NCBI GenBank assembly: GCA_934613415.1 | Contig: CAKTSY010000002.1 | Location: 360,001-392,000 of the forward strand | Direction: 5' to 3' | DNA: 32,000 bases | From: an uncultured Opitutales bacterium | Lineage (GTDB): Bacteria > Verrucomicrobiota > Verrucomicrobiia > Opitutales > Intestinicryptomonadaceae | Shown: positions 8,045 to 17,496 of the stretch, in pieces | Numbering within the stretch: position 1 is the stretch's first letter | How the letters are laid out: every line of letters starts with the position of its first letter | Made by a program: the position numbers and the translations under genes | Notes under the pieces: model-generated | Databases searched by the model: none | The model's input: the letters and a program-made list of their open reading frames with translations, nothing else | Told to the model about the DNA's origin: nothing

Positions 8045-9697
8045 ATGGATTGGATAAACAACTTGGTTTTCGGTACGGGCATTGCCCATTCAATAGCTGT
8101 ATTTTCGGCTGTTATAGCCTTGGGTGTTGCCTTGGGCAAGGTTAAGATTTGCGGTATTTCGCTTGGCATCACTTGGGTGCTTTTTGCAGGCTTGGCGTTG
8201 TCGCACTTCGGCATTACGGTGGAAGACGGCGTTCTTCACTTTATGAAGGAGTTTGGCCTTGTGTTGTTTGTATATTCGATAGGTTTGCAGGTAGGCCCGG
8301 GTTTCTTTTCGTCTTTTAAAAAAGACGGCTTTAAGATGAATATGATTGCCGTAGGCGGCGTGCTTTTTAGCTCGGCCGTTGCGGTTATGTTGGGGTATGC
8401 AACCAATACATCTATTTCGACAATGTCGGGCGTGCTTTCGGGTGCGGTTACAAACACCCCCGGCTTGGGTGCTGCCCAGCAGACATACGCCGACATACAC
8501 AATGCCGCCGACACTACCATAAGCTTGGGCTATGCAGTGGCTTATCCATTTGGTGTTTTGGGCGTTATAGGCACAATTATTTTAATGAAATACGCCTTTA
8601 GGATTAACCCCGAAAAGGAAATGGCAAAAATTTCGGGAAGCGGGGCGGCAAAAAATGTTGTAAGGGTTTCGGCGTTGCTTACAAATCAAGACTTAATCGG
8701 CAAAAAAATGTGCAAGGCCGCCGAGCTGTTGAATTCTGACTTTGTAATATCGAGAATATGCCGCGCAAACGGCGAGTTTGATGGCGTTACTCCCGACACC
8801 GTTTTTGCCGAAGGCGACAAGCTTAGGGTTATATGCGACGAAAATTTGGCCGACAACATTTGCGCAAAGCTGGGTGAAAAGATAAATATGGAGTGGAACA
8901 AATCGTTCTCGAAGCTCGAGGCAAGGCGCATAATGGTAAGCAACGTTGAAGTTGCGGGCAAAGACCTTCAAAAATTGGGCTTGGCAGGCGGCTATTCCTT
9001 CAATATTACAAGGGTAAACAGGGCGGGCATAGACCTTGTTGCGCACCCCGATTTAAAACTTCAGCTTGGCGACAGGGCAACGGTTGTTGGTATGCCCGAA
9101 GCCGTTTCGGGGGTAGAAAAAACCTTGGGCAATTCTATGCTAAAGTTGCGCAAACCCAATTTGCTGCCATTGTTTGTCGGTCTTATTTTGGGTATGCTTT
9201 TAGGTACTTTGCCCATACTTATACCGGGGGTTCCGCAACCGATAAAACTGGGCTTGGCAGGCGGCCCGCTTATTGTAGCAATACTTATGGGGCGCTACGG
9301 CTACCAAATGAAATTCCCCACCTATATGACAATGAGCGCAAACTTTATGATTAGGGAAATAGGCATTTCGCTATTTTTGGCTGGTGTAGGCTTGGGCGCG
9401 GGCGGCTCGTTTGTAGACACAATGACGCACGGCGACGGCTTTGAATGGATGTGCCTGGGCGCGGTTATAACGTTGGCTTCGGCGTTTTTTATGTGCATAG
9501 TTGGCAGGCTCTTTAAGTGCGACTACTATACGATTTTGGGTATGCTTTCGGGCTCTATGACAAACCCGACGGCTTTGGCATATTCAAATTCAATATCGCC
9601 TTGCGACAGACCAAATATTGCGTATTCGACAGTTTACCCACTTTCAATGTTTATGAGGGTTTTGTGCGCGCAAATGATAATTATATTTTTGGTGTAG
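8045..9697 (+). CDS. YidE/YbjL (AspT/AAE) family transporter with two central RCK_C/TrkA-C domains
   Basis: The N-terminus from the ATG at 8045 is MDWINNLVFGTGIAHSIAVFSAVIALGVALGKVKICGISLG, typical of the family. A soluble middle region (aa ~210-390) contains GDKLRVICDE and GDRATVVGMPEAV, which are TrkA-C-like. Multi-TM halves are duplicated on either side. Confidence 0.85.
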   Translation: MDWINNLVFGTGIAHSIAVFSAVIALGVALGKVKICGISLGITWVLFAGLALSHFGITVEDGVLHFMKEFGLVLFVYSIGLQVGPGFFSSFKKDGFKMNMIAVGGVLFSSAVAVMLGYATNTSISTMSGVLSGAVTNTPGLGAAQQTYADIHNAADTTISLGYAVAYPFGVLGVIGTIILMKYAFRINPEKEMAKISGSGAAKNVVRVSALLTNQDLIGKKMCKAAELLNSDFVISRICRANGEFDGVTPDTVFAEGDKLRVICDENLADNICAKLGEKINMEWNKSFSKLEARRIMVSNVEVAGKDLQKLGLAGGYSFNITRVNRAGIDLVAHPDLKLQLGDRATVVGMPEAVSGVEKTLGNSMLKLRKPNLLPLFVGLILGMLLGTLPILIPGVPQPIKLGLAGGPLIVAILMGRYGYQMKFPTYMTMSANFMIREIGISLFLAGVGLGAGGSFVDTMTHGDGFEWMCLGAVITLASAFFMCIVGRLFKCDYYTILGMLSGSMTNPTALAYSNSISPCDRPNIAYSTVYPLSMFMRVLCAQMIIIFLV

Positions 9698-9721
9698 TTG
9701 TACGCTAAAATCAGTCTGGGC

Positions 9722-10357
9722 TTATTTTAAGATTTGTTCGGCGGCTGTCTTTAGTTGGGCGGTCGCTTTTTTTATGTCTTTTTGCGCGAAAATTGCGCTT
9801 ATTACGGCAATTCCGCTAATTCCGCTTTTTTCGAAAAGCCCGATGTTTTCAAGGTTTATGCCGCCTATTGCTACAACCGGAATTTTTACCGCGCTGCAAA
9901 TTTCCCTTAAAGTGTTAAACGAAACAATTTCGGCGTCGTCTTTCGAAGATGTTTTAAACATTGCACCAACTCCCAGATAGTCTGCCGAGCCTCTTTCGGC
10001 TTGCAGTGCCTGTTGCACGGTTTGAACCGAAACCCCTATAATTTTGTCTTTGCCCAAAATTTTGCGCGCGTTTGCCAAAGTTTCGTCGCCTTGGCCTATG
10101 TGTACGCCGTCGGCATTTGAAAGCTTTGCAATTTGAACGTTGTCGTTTACGACAAATTTTACGTTCTTTGCTTTGCAAAGCTTTGCGGTTTGTTTGGCTT
10201 GCTCTAAAAATTCGTTGTAGGGCAAAGTTTTTTCTCTAAGCTGAATAAATGTTGCGCCGCCTTCTATTGCAAGCGTTATGGCATTGTTTAGCGGCTCGCC
10301 GTCGCCCAGCCAGTGCCTGTCGCTTACGGCGTAAATAAGTAAATCAGCAGAGTTCAT
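9722..10357 (-). CDS. thiE: Thiamine-phosphate synthase
   Basis: ThiE landmarks are present: LIYAVSD, IQLREK, VHIGQGD, YLGVGAMFKTSSK, VVAIGGI. The ATG at 10357 overlaps the thiM 3' end by 14 nt. The track's TTG at 10366 is less likely. Confidence 0.9.
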   Translation of the reverse strand: MNSADLLIYAVSDRHWLGDGEPLNNAITLAIEGGATFIQLREKTLPYNEFLEQAKQTAKLCKAKNVKFVVNDNVQIAKLSNADGVHIGQGDETLANARKILGKDKIIGVSVQTVQQALQAERGSADYLGVGAMFKTSSKDDAEIVSFNTLREICSAVKIPVVAIGGINLENIGLFEKSGISGIAVISAIFAQKDIKKATAQLKTAAEQILK

Positions 10358-11168
10358 ACTTTGCAAAATTATCCAGCTGTTGCCCCGACATATTGTAGAG
10401 GGCGTCTATTATTTTTGCGGCATACGCCATATTGCCGTCGCCTTCTTGCAGACTTGCATACGCAATTTCGCCCGCTACACCCATTGTTGCAACGGCAGCC
10501 ACCGCGGCCAACAAAGGTTCTGTTTTATTGGCGGCTAAAAAAGCCGCAAGCATGCCCGAAAGCTGGCAGCCCGTGCCCGTAATGCTGCCCATTTCGGGGC
10601 GGCCGTTGTATATGGCGTAGGCTGTTTGCGAATCGGCAACAATGTCGGTTTTGCCTGTAATAACCACAATAAAGCCGCGCTTTTTAGAAAGGTCTTTTGC
10701 AAGAGTTGCAACTTTTGGCAGGTTTAGGGCGTCTTTAGCATCGCTTTCCGAAACATCTACACCGCGCGATTGCGAACTGGCCGCATTTGCCAAAACTTTA
10801 ATTTCTGAATAGTTGCCCTTAATAAGGTCTATTTTTGCCGAGTCTATAATTTGCAGGGCGGTTTTTGTGCGAAGGCTGCTTGCCCCTGCGCCTACGGGGT
10901 CTAAAACAACGGGTATATTGTTTTTGTTGGCGGTTTTGGCCGCAATTAGCATAGACTTAATTGTTCTGGCATTTAGCGTGCCTATGTTTAGGTTTAATGC
11001 CGAACATATAGAGCAAATTTGGGCTACTTCTTCGGCGTCGTCGGCCATAATGGGGCTAGCTGTGCAGGCAAGCAATGTGTTTGCAACGCCGTTTACCGTT
11101 ACATAGTTTGTTATATTGTGCACAAGGGGCTTGTTTTTGCGCACGTTTTCTAGATATTTTCCAAGCAT
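10344..11168 (-). CDS. thiM: Hydroxyethylthiazole kinase
   Basis: 274 aa with ThiM landmarks: PLVHNITNYVTVNGVANTLLACTASPIMADD, VVLDPVGAGAS, ITGTGCQLSG. Confidence 0.9.
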   Translation of the reverse strand: MLGKYLENVRKNKPLVHNITNYVTVNGVANTLLACTASPIMADDAEEVAQICSICSALNLNIGTLNARTIKSMLIAAKTANKNNIPVVLDPVGAGASSLRTKTALQIIDSAKIDLIKGNYSEIKVLANAASSQSRGVDVSESDAKDALNLPKVATLAKDLSKKRGFIVVITGKTDIVADSQTAYAIYNGRPEMGSITGTGCQLSGMLAAFLAANKTEPLLAAVAAVATMGVAGEIAYASLQEGDGNMAYAAKIIDALYNMSGQQLDNFAKYELC

Positions 11169-11424
11169 AAGTTTTTTGTCTTATGCATAGACTTTTTTTA
11201 CAAATTTTAACGCTTGTCGAGATAATTTGCATATGATTTGCAGGTTGTATGTGCAATTCTCGGCTATAACCTTGGCTTTTTTAAAGGGGTGTTTTTCGGC
11301 AAAAATGCAAAAAATGCGCAAAAAAATTAAAAATTTGTTGACAATTCTAAAAAATGGGACGAGTGTTAAACGTATATTCATCTGATGATATGATATTCAG
11401 TTGAGCGGACAACCCAATTTGCGA

Positions 11425-12093
11425 ATGAAAGCACAGCCCTTAAAAGTTCAAAAGAAAAGCCTTGCCGACGAAGTAGCCGACAGGTTGCGCTCGCAAATTG
11501 CGTCTGGCGAATATGCCGTTGGCGAAAAGCTGCCCGCCGAACCCAAGCTTATGGAGCTTTTTGGGGTGGGGCGTTCAAGCGTAAGAGAGGCAATAAAACT
11601 TTTGTCTAATTCGGGCATACTTAGTGTAAGGCAGGGTTTGGGCACTTTTGTTGCGTCGCGCTATGCCAAAGACGAGCCTATGGCAGACCGCCTAAGCCGC
11701 GCCGACGAGGCCGATTTAGACGAAGTTCGCCGCCTGCTTGAAATGAAAATATCGGAAAAGGCAGCTTTAAAGCGCAGCGATTCGGATATGGCAAACATAA
11801 ACGAATCGCTGGAAAAAATCAGGCAGGCAAACAAAAGTTGCGATCTTAAAAAATGCGTCGACGCCGACATAGGGTTTCATACCGCCATAGCAGTGGCTTC
11901 GCACAACGAAATATTTTTCGAGCTATACAAGGCGGCCTCTTCGCATCTTAGAAAGTGCTACCTAAAAAAGTATAAAGACTACAAAATTTTTGCAACTGCC
12001 GAAACCCTGCACGAAAGTCTGGTTAAAAGCATTGCCGAAAAAGACGCAAGAAAGTCTTGGGATATTGCCGAAAAAATCATAAAACACGGATAG
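11425..12093 (+). CDS. GntR-family transcriptional regulator, FadR/FCD subfamily
   Basis: The wHTH is [41 protein letters not shown]. An all-helical FCD-like C-terminal domain follows, with His residues ([11 protein letters not shown]). I prefer the ATG at 11425 over the TTG at 11401. Confidence 0.85.
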   Translation: MKAQPLKVQKKSLADEVADRLRSQIASGEYAVGEKLPAEPKLMELFGVGRSSVREAIKLLSNSGILSVRQGLGTFVASRYAKDEPMADRLSRADEADLDEVRRLLEMKISEKAALKRSDSDMANINESLEKIRQANKSCDLKKCVDADIGFHTAIAVASHNEIFFELYKAASSHLRKCYLKKYKDYKIFATAETLHESLVKSIAEKDARKSWDIAEKIIKHG

Positions 12094-12160
12094 ACAATTT
12101 TTACAAAAACGCGCGGGGGTTTCTCCGCATAACTTAAACACAAAAAAGAAAGACACTAAA

Positions 12161-13642
12161 ATGGCAAATTACTTCAATACCCTATCGCTTAGGGAAAAGT
12201 TAAGACAGCTAAATCAGGCTTCGTTGATGGACCGCTCGGAATTTTCGGACGGCGTAGAAGCTTTAAAAGGCAAAAAAATAGTTATTATCGGTTGCGGCGC
12301 GCAGGGCTTAAACCAAGGCTTAAACCTTAGGGACAGCGGTTTGGATATTTCATACGCGTTGCGCCAGTCGGCAATAGACCAAAAGCGCGATTCATGGAAA
12401 AACGCAACAAACAATAACTTTAAAGTTGGCACCTACGAAGAATTGATTCCTTCTGCCGACTTGGTAATTAACCTTACCCCCGATAAACAGCACTCGAAGG
12501 TTATAGCTGCCGCCATGCCCTTGATGAAACCCCATTCGGCTTTGTCGTATTCGCACGGTTTCAATATCGTAGAAGAAGGCATGCAAATCCGCAAAGATAT
12601 AACCGTTATAATGGTTGCTCCAAAATGCCCCGGTTCCGAAGTTAGAGCCGAATATCTAAGAGGCTTTGGCGTTCCCACGTTGGCGGCGGTTCACCCCGAA
12701 AACGACCCCGACGGCAAGGGCTGGGCATATGCAAAAGCATATTGCGTAGGTATAGGCGCAAACAAGGCGGGCGTATTGAAGTCTTCGTTCGTAGCCGAAG
12801 TTAAGTCCGACCTTATGGGCGAACAGACCATTCTTTGCGGCTTGTTGCAAACGGCCTCGGTTCTTTGCTTCGACAAGATGGTTGAAAACAAAATCGACCC
12901 CTCGTATGCTGCAAAGCTCGTTCAATACGGCGTAGAAGTTATCACCGAAGCCCTAAAACACGGCGGCATAACGGGTATGTTCGACAGACTTTCGAACCCC
13001 GCAAAAATCAAGGCATTCCAGTTGGCAGAAGAGCTTAAGCAGATTATGCGCCCCTTGTTCCAAAAGCACCAAGACGACATTATGTCGGGCGAATTTAGCC
13101 GCATAATGATGCTCGACTGGGCAGACGGCGACAAAAAGCTTTTGACCTGGAGAGCCCAAACTGCGGAAACCGCATTCGAAAAAACTCCCGCAGGTACAAT
13201 GCACATAAGCGAACAGGAATATTTCAACAACTACACAATTTTGGCGGCTTTCATAAGGGCCGGTGTTGAATTGGCGTTCGAAACAATGTGCGAAGCCGGC
13301 ATACAGCCTGCATCGGCATACTACGAATCGCTACACGAAGTTCCGCTAATTGCAAACACAATTGCGCGCCGCAAGCTTTACGAGATGAATCGCATTATTT
13401 CGGACACCGCAGAATACGGCAACTACCTTTTCTACAACGCCTGCAAACCCCTGTTGGCCGACTTTATGAAAAAGGTAACTCCCGAATTGGCCGGCAAAGA
13501 CTTCAACGAAGGCAAAGACGGCTCGGTAGACAACGCACAACTAGTTGAAGTAAACGAAAAATTGCGCAACCACCCGATAGAAATTGTGGGCATTAAATTG
13601 CGTAAATACATGACCGCAATGAAACCCATTAAAACTCTCTAA
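12161..13642 (+). CDS. ilvC: Ketol-acid reductoisomerase, class II (long form)
   Basis: 493 aa, near-collinear with E. coli IlvC from the first residues ([14 protein letters not shown]..., [61 protein letters not shown]). Confidence 0.95.
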   Translation: MANYFNTLSLREKLRQLNQASLMDRSEFSDGVEALKGKKIVIIGCGAQGLNQGLNLRDSGLDISYALRQSAIDQKRDSWKNATNNNFKVGTYEELIPSADLVINLTPDKQHSKVIAAAMPLMKPHSALSYSHGFNIVEEGMQIRKDITVIMVAPKCPGSEVRAEYLRGFGVPTLAAVHPENDPDGKGWAYAKAYCVGIGANKAGVLKSSFVAEVKSDLMGEQTILCGLLQTASVLCFDKMVENKIDPSYAAKLVQYGVEVITEALKHGGITGMFDRLSNPAKIKAFQLAEELKQIMRPLFQKHQDDIMSGEFSRIMMLDWADGDKKLLTWRAQTAETAFEKTPAGTMHISEQEYFNNYTILAAFIRAGVELAFETMCEAGIQPASAYYESLHEVPLIANTIARRKLYEMNRIISDTAEYGNYLFYNACKPLLADFMKKVTPELAGKDFNEGKDGSVDNAQLVEVNEKLRNHPIEIVGIKLRKYMTAMKPIKTL

Positions 13643-13661
13643 TAGGTTTTAATTTTTCGAC

Positions 13662-13695
13662 AAGACGGGAGTTTTAATTGCTCCCGTCTTTTTTA
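13662..13695 (+). terminator. Rho-independent terminator of ilvC
   Basis: A 10-bp stem, AAGACGGGAG (13662-13671) with CTCCCGTCTT (13681-13690), a 9-nt loop, then a T-run. Confidence 0.75.
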
Positions 13696-13716
13696 ATCTA
13701 AAAGTGGCTTTTTTAT

Positions 13717-15168
13717 ATGGAAAATATCGTTTCGATGCAAAATATATGCCTTGCCTACGAGGGCGTTGGCGTTTTCGAAAACCTGAATTTTGAAATCAAG
13801 CGCGGGCAAAACTACGTTATAGGCGGCAAAAGCGGCTCGGGCAAAAGCAGCTTTGGCAAGCTTGTTTGCGGGCAAATAAAACCAGATTCGGGCTTGGTTA
13901 AAGCCGAGTTTAACCCCCAAAACAAGCTGCCGGCTACCGCGTATTATATGGATAATTGGTATAAGTTTTCGAGCCTAGACGGCGACAGAAATTTTTACTA
14001 CCAGCAACGCTACGACAAGCAGGAAGACGACACAACCCTTACCGTTTACGCCGAGCTTATGCGCTTTGGCGAAAAGCACGGGCTTGATTTTGAAAACGCG
14101 CACCCGCTTTTGGAAAAATTCGGCTTTTTGCACTGCAAAGAAACGCAGCTAATAGAGCTTTCAAGCGGCGAGCATAAAAAGTTGCAGCTAACAATGGCAC
14201 TTTGGTATAAGCCACAGCTTTTGGTTTTAGACGAGCCGTATACTGGGCTAGACAAAAATTCAAGGCAGGTTTTAAACGATGTTTTAGACGCCTACTCCAA
14301 AGATGGGTTTACCTATATTCTTATAACCGCCGACGGGCAGCTGCCAAAATCGGCGGCAAATTTCGGCAAGCTTGAAAACAAAAAATTCGTAAAAGTTGCA
14401 ACCCCTAGCGAGCTTAATTGCACCGAAGTTAGGGTAAAAGAGGAGGTTCCCTACTTTTTGCAGCAGCCCCCAAAGTGCAACTGCACAAACTTTATAGACA
14501 TAAAAAACGTTAGCGTGCGCTACGGCGAAAAAACCGTCTTAAGCGGTGTAAGTTGGCAGGTAAACAAGGGCGAAAAATGGCTGCTTCAAGGCAGCAATGG
14601 CTCGGGCAAATCTACGCTGCTTAGCCTTTTAGACGGCGACCACCCGCAGGCCTACGCCAACGACATTACCCTTTTCGAACAGCCGAGGGGTTCGGGCGAA
14701 AGCATTTGGGATATAAAAAAGAAGATAGGCATAATTTCGCCCGAGCTTCACTGGTATTTTGAAAAAAATTCTACCGTATACAATTCGGTTGCTTCGGGTT
14801 TTCACGACAGCATAGGCTGGTTTTTAGACGTAAGCTACGACGAGCAAAAAAAGATAGAGCTTTTGCTTAAGTTTTTCGGCATATACGAATATAAAGACAG
14901 ATATATGTATACATTGCCGCTCGGCAAACAAAGGTTGGCTTTGCTTGCAAGAACAATGGTTAAAAACCCGCCCTTGCTTATATTAGACGAACCTTGCCAA
15001 GGCTTGGACAACAACCAAACACAGCTTTTTAACGATGCTCTAGACGACTTGGGCGTTTACGGCAAAACAATAATATATGTTGGACACTACGAAACGCAGC
15101 TGCCCAAGTGCATAGACCACAAGCTTGTTTTGGAAAAGGGCAAAACGGTATATTGCGGCAAGGCCTAA
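13717..15168 (+). CDS. ModF-like soluble ABC ATPase (two nucleotide-binding domains, no membrane domain)
   Basis: Two Walker A motifs (GGKSGSGKSS, GSNGSGKST), two signature/Walker B sets (LSSGEHKK...LLVLDEP, PLGKQRL...LLILDEP). The second half, LDGDHPQAYANDITLFEQPRGSGESIWDIKKKIG, resembles E. coli ModF as I recall it. Confidence 0.75.
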   Translation: MENIVSMQNICLAYEGVGVFENLNFEIKRGQNYVIGGKSGSGKSSFGKLVCGQIKPDSGLVKAEFNPQNKLPATAYYMDNWYKFSSLDGDRNFYYQQRYDKQEDDTTLTVYAELMRFGEKHGLDFENAHPLLEKFGFLHCKETQLIELSSGEHKKLQLTMALWYKPQLLVLDEPYTGLDKNSRQVLNDVLDAYSKDGFTYILITADGQLPKSAANFGKLENKKFVKVATPSELNCTEVRVKEEVPYFLQQPPKCNCTNFIDIKNVSVRYGEKTVLSGVSWQVNKGEKWLLQGSNGSGKSTLLSLLDGDHPQAYANDITLFEQPRGSGESIWDIKKKIGIISPELHWYFEKNSTVYNSVASGFHDSIGWFLDVSYDEQKKIELLLKFFGIYEYKDRYMYTLPLGKQRLALLARTMVKNPPLLILDEPCQGLDNNQTQLFNDALDDLGVYGKTIIYVGHYETQLPKCIDHKLVLEKGKTVYCGKA

Positions 15169-15222
15169 TTTTGCTTGACCGTAAGCGGGCTATGGCGAAA
15201 ATTCCTGTAAAACAATTTTGAT

Positions 15223-16476
15223 ATGAAGTTATTTGTTTTGGCAATTACGGCTCTTTTCGCATTTTCAAGCTGGCTTTTCGCTAAAGATGCCCCCTTCGAA
15301 ATAGGCAATGGTATGCTGTTTACGGGCTACCACGCTTCGCTAAGATGTCCCAACGACGGCTCTGCGGCAAAGAATTACGAAGCTTTTGCGGTAAATTCGT
15401 GCAAGGTAGACATGTGGCCCGACACCGCCGAATACGTTAAAAACTACGAAACGCAATTTTCGTATCCCAACGGCGAAAAGGCGTATATATTCAGCTCTTA
15501 CGATTTTGAAAGTGTCGACTTGCATTTTAAATGGATGCGCCAATACGGCATAGACGGAGCTTTTTTGTATAGAAAAATAGGGCAGCTAAACAAAAAGTCG
15601 CCCGAATATGGCGACTATGTAAAAGTTTTGTCAAACGCGAAAGCGGCGGCAGAACAAAACAAGGTGGGGTTTGCATTGTCGTATTATCTCGACGGCGAAG
15701 TTTCGGCGGCCGAGCTTATAGACGACTGGCAATCTTTATCTAAAGCCGCAAAGCTTTTCGAAAGCGCAAATTATATGCGCTGCAACGCAAAGCCGCTTGT
15801 GTGCATATGGGGTGCGGGTTTTACGGGCGCAACATTCAAAACAAAGCTTTCGCAGATAGAAAAGTTTGCCGAATTTTTAAAATCGCAAAATTGTTCGGTT
15901 ATGTTTGTTGTTCACGAAAATTTTAGAACTTTAAATACCGATAGCGCAAAAGAAATGCGCGGGCTTTTGGAGAAATATGCCGATGTAATTATGCCGTGGA
16001 ATGTTGGGCGTTGTTCTGTAGACAAAACGGGCTTAAGGGCAGTCCTTTACGGCAAAACGCCTCTAAATAAGCTTGTAAGCGACGATATCGAATGGTGTTC
16101 GAATAAAAAAATAATGTATTTTGCGTCGATATATGCCGGCTTTTCGTGGTATAACAAAACTAAAGGCAAAGGTTTGCCGAAGTCGTTTTCTAAGCTCGAC
16201 AAAGTGCCGAGAAAGCGCGGGGCTTTGCTTTGGGCAATGGCGCGCAGCTGTGTGGAAGGCGGGGCGCAATGCCTATATATTGCGGATTTCGACGACATAG
16301 GCGAAGCTACCGCAATCTACAAATTATCGTCTACCCCGCCGAATGTGGGCGAGACGCGTTTTGTTGCGCTTGAAGACTCTCTAAAGAGCGATTGGTATTT
16401 GTATTTGGCAAGCCGGATAAGGGAAATGCTTAAAAGCGGCGAAACATTTAATATGCCCGCAGAATCCGAAAAGTAA
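15223..16476 (+). CDS. Secreted protein, probable glycan-active enzyme (family not assigned)
   Basis: Signal peptide MKLFVLAITALFAFSSWLFA/KD. Segments HFKWMRQYGIDGAFLYR, PLVCIWGAGF and YIADFDDIGEATAIYK recall TIM-barrel glycosidase-like families, but I cannot name the family. Neighbouring genes are glycoside hydrolases. Confidence 0.5.
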   Translation: MKLFVLAITALFAFSSWLFAKDAPFEIGNGMLFTGYHASLRCPNDGSAAKNYEAFAVNSCKVDMWPDTAEYVKNYETQFSYPNGEKAYIFSSYDFESVDLHFKWMRQYGIDGAFLYRKIGQLNKKSPEYGDYVKVLSNAKAAAEQNKVGFALSYYLDGEVSAAELIDDWQSLSKAAKLFESANYMRCNAKPLVCIWGAGFTGATFKTKLSQIEKFAEFLKSQNCSVMFVVHENFRTLNTDSAKEMRGLLEKYADVIMPWNVGRCSVDKTGLRAVLYGKTPLNKLVSDDIEWCSNKKIMYFASIYAGFSWYNKTKGKGLPKSFSKLDKVPRKRGALLWAMARSCVEGGAQCLYIADFDDIGEATAIYKLSSTPPNVGETRFVALEDSLKSDWYLYLASRIREMLKSGETFNMPAESEK

Positions 16477-16503
16477 CAAGGGTTTTCGCGCAATACCGAA
16501 AAC

Positions 16504-16535
16504 AAAAGAGTCGGGAAACTCCCCGACTCTTTTTG
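16504..16535. terminator. Bidirectional rho-independent terminator between convergent genes
   Basis: GAGTCGGG (16508-16515) pairs with CCCGACTC (16522-16529). An A-run lies upstream and TTTTTG downstream. It sits between the 15223-16476 (+) and 16550-17278 (-) genes. Confidence 0.7.
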
Positions 16536-16549
16536 TTGTATTTGTTTTG

Positions 16550-17278
16550 TTAAACTAGTCTTTTTTTGTTGTATACCCAGGATTCTCCGATTTTTTCGGG
16601 GTAGGGTAAATCCAACAACTTGCAAATGCCTATTGTAATGCGGTAGGCGTATGCGTCTAAAAATTCGCGCGGATATTTTCTTTCGGATCCAATGTCGCAC
16701 AAAATAAATTTGTTGCCGAAAATTGAGTATAGTACCATAGCCCAATAGAATTGGCGCGCCCAATAAAGCTTGTTTTCGCTCAATTCGGGGCGCAAAATCC
16801 TAAGCTTGTCTATAAGCTTGTTTGTGGCGTTATAGCAAATATTCCTAATTTCGGTGTCTATTTGGTCTCTTGCGTCTACAAGCAATGTCGAAACCAAGCC
16901 GCTTAGGTAGGGAATCTTTTTCTTTTCGTCGAAGAGAATAGTTAAAAGGTGGTTCGCCGAATTGTAAAGGGCTTCGCCGAAAATTTGCGGGTTGTTGTCG
17001 GCGTCGTTGTAGTCGAAGTAGTCAAAAATTGTGTCCAACTTCGCCAAGTTAAGAAAATAGTATTTGATGGTTGTGTGGAACAAATTCTTCTTTGTATCGA
17101 AGTGGTATATTATTGCGCTTGTTTTTGTTCCCGCAAGCTTTGCAATATCGTTAATGGACGCATCGAAATAGCCCCTTTGAGAAAACAGCTTGGCCGCTGT
17201 TTTAATCAAAATGAAGCGTTTTTTTTCGCCCTGAACGTTTCTTCTTTTCCTTGCCGAGTGATTTTTTGTCTTACCCAT
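16550..17278 (-). CDS. TetR/AcrR-family transcriptional regulator
   Basis: The N-terminal HTH is RFILIKTAAKLFSQRGYFDASINDIAKLAGTKTSAIIYHFDTKKNLF, followed by a helical C-terminal ligand domain. It is divergent from the GH92 gene. Confidence 0.85.
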   Translation of the reverse strand: MGKTKNHSARKRRNVQGEKKRFILIKTAAKLFSQRGYFDASINDIAKLAGTKTSAIIYHFDTKKNLFHTTIKYYFLNLAKLDTIFDYFDYNDADNNPQIFGEALYNSANHLLTILFDEKKKIPYLSGLVSTLLVDARDQIDTEIRNICYNATNKLIDKLRILRPELSENKLYWARQFYWAMVLYSIFGNKFILCDIGSERKYPREFLDAYAYRITIGICKLLDLPYPEKIGESWVYNKKRLV

Positions 17279-17496
17279 AATTATATATCTTTGTTATTGA
17301 GATCACATTTATAACATAGTGAATTTTAAAAAGAAAGCAAAAAAATAATTTTTCTGCCTATTATTTCCACTATACTAGGCTTTTCTTGCCTATATATCGA
17401 CAATATTGCAGTTGGTTAAAATTTACTTGACCGGATTTGCACGATTTTAAAAATCGGGAATTGAATTCAACTAAACGTTAACAACATCAAGTATAT

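Noticed and set aside
11181-11381. 66-aa minus-strand ORF in the thiM / GntR intergenic region
   Set aside because: It is an A/T-rich, low-complexity translation that overlaps the promoter and leader region. There is no supporting start context.
11281-11400. GGGGTG on the + strand as a possible thi-box start
   Set aside because: No CTGAGA or ACCTGA follows on that strand, and the downstream gene is a GntR regulator rather than a thiamine gene.
16317-16763. 148-aa minus-strand ORF spanning the convergent junction
   Set aside because: It would read through the bidirectional terminator (16504-16535) and overlaps both the 3' end of the 417-aa gene and the TetR gene in other frames.
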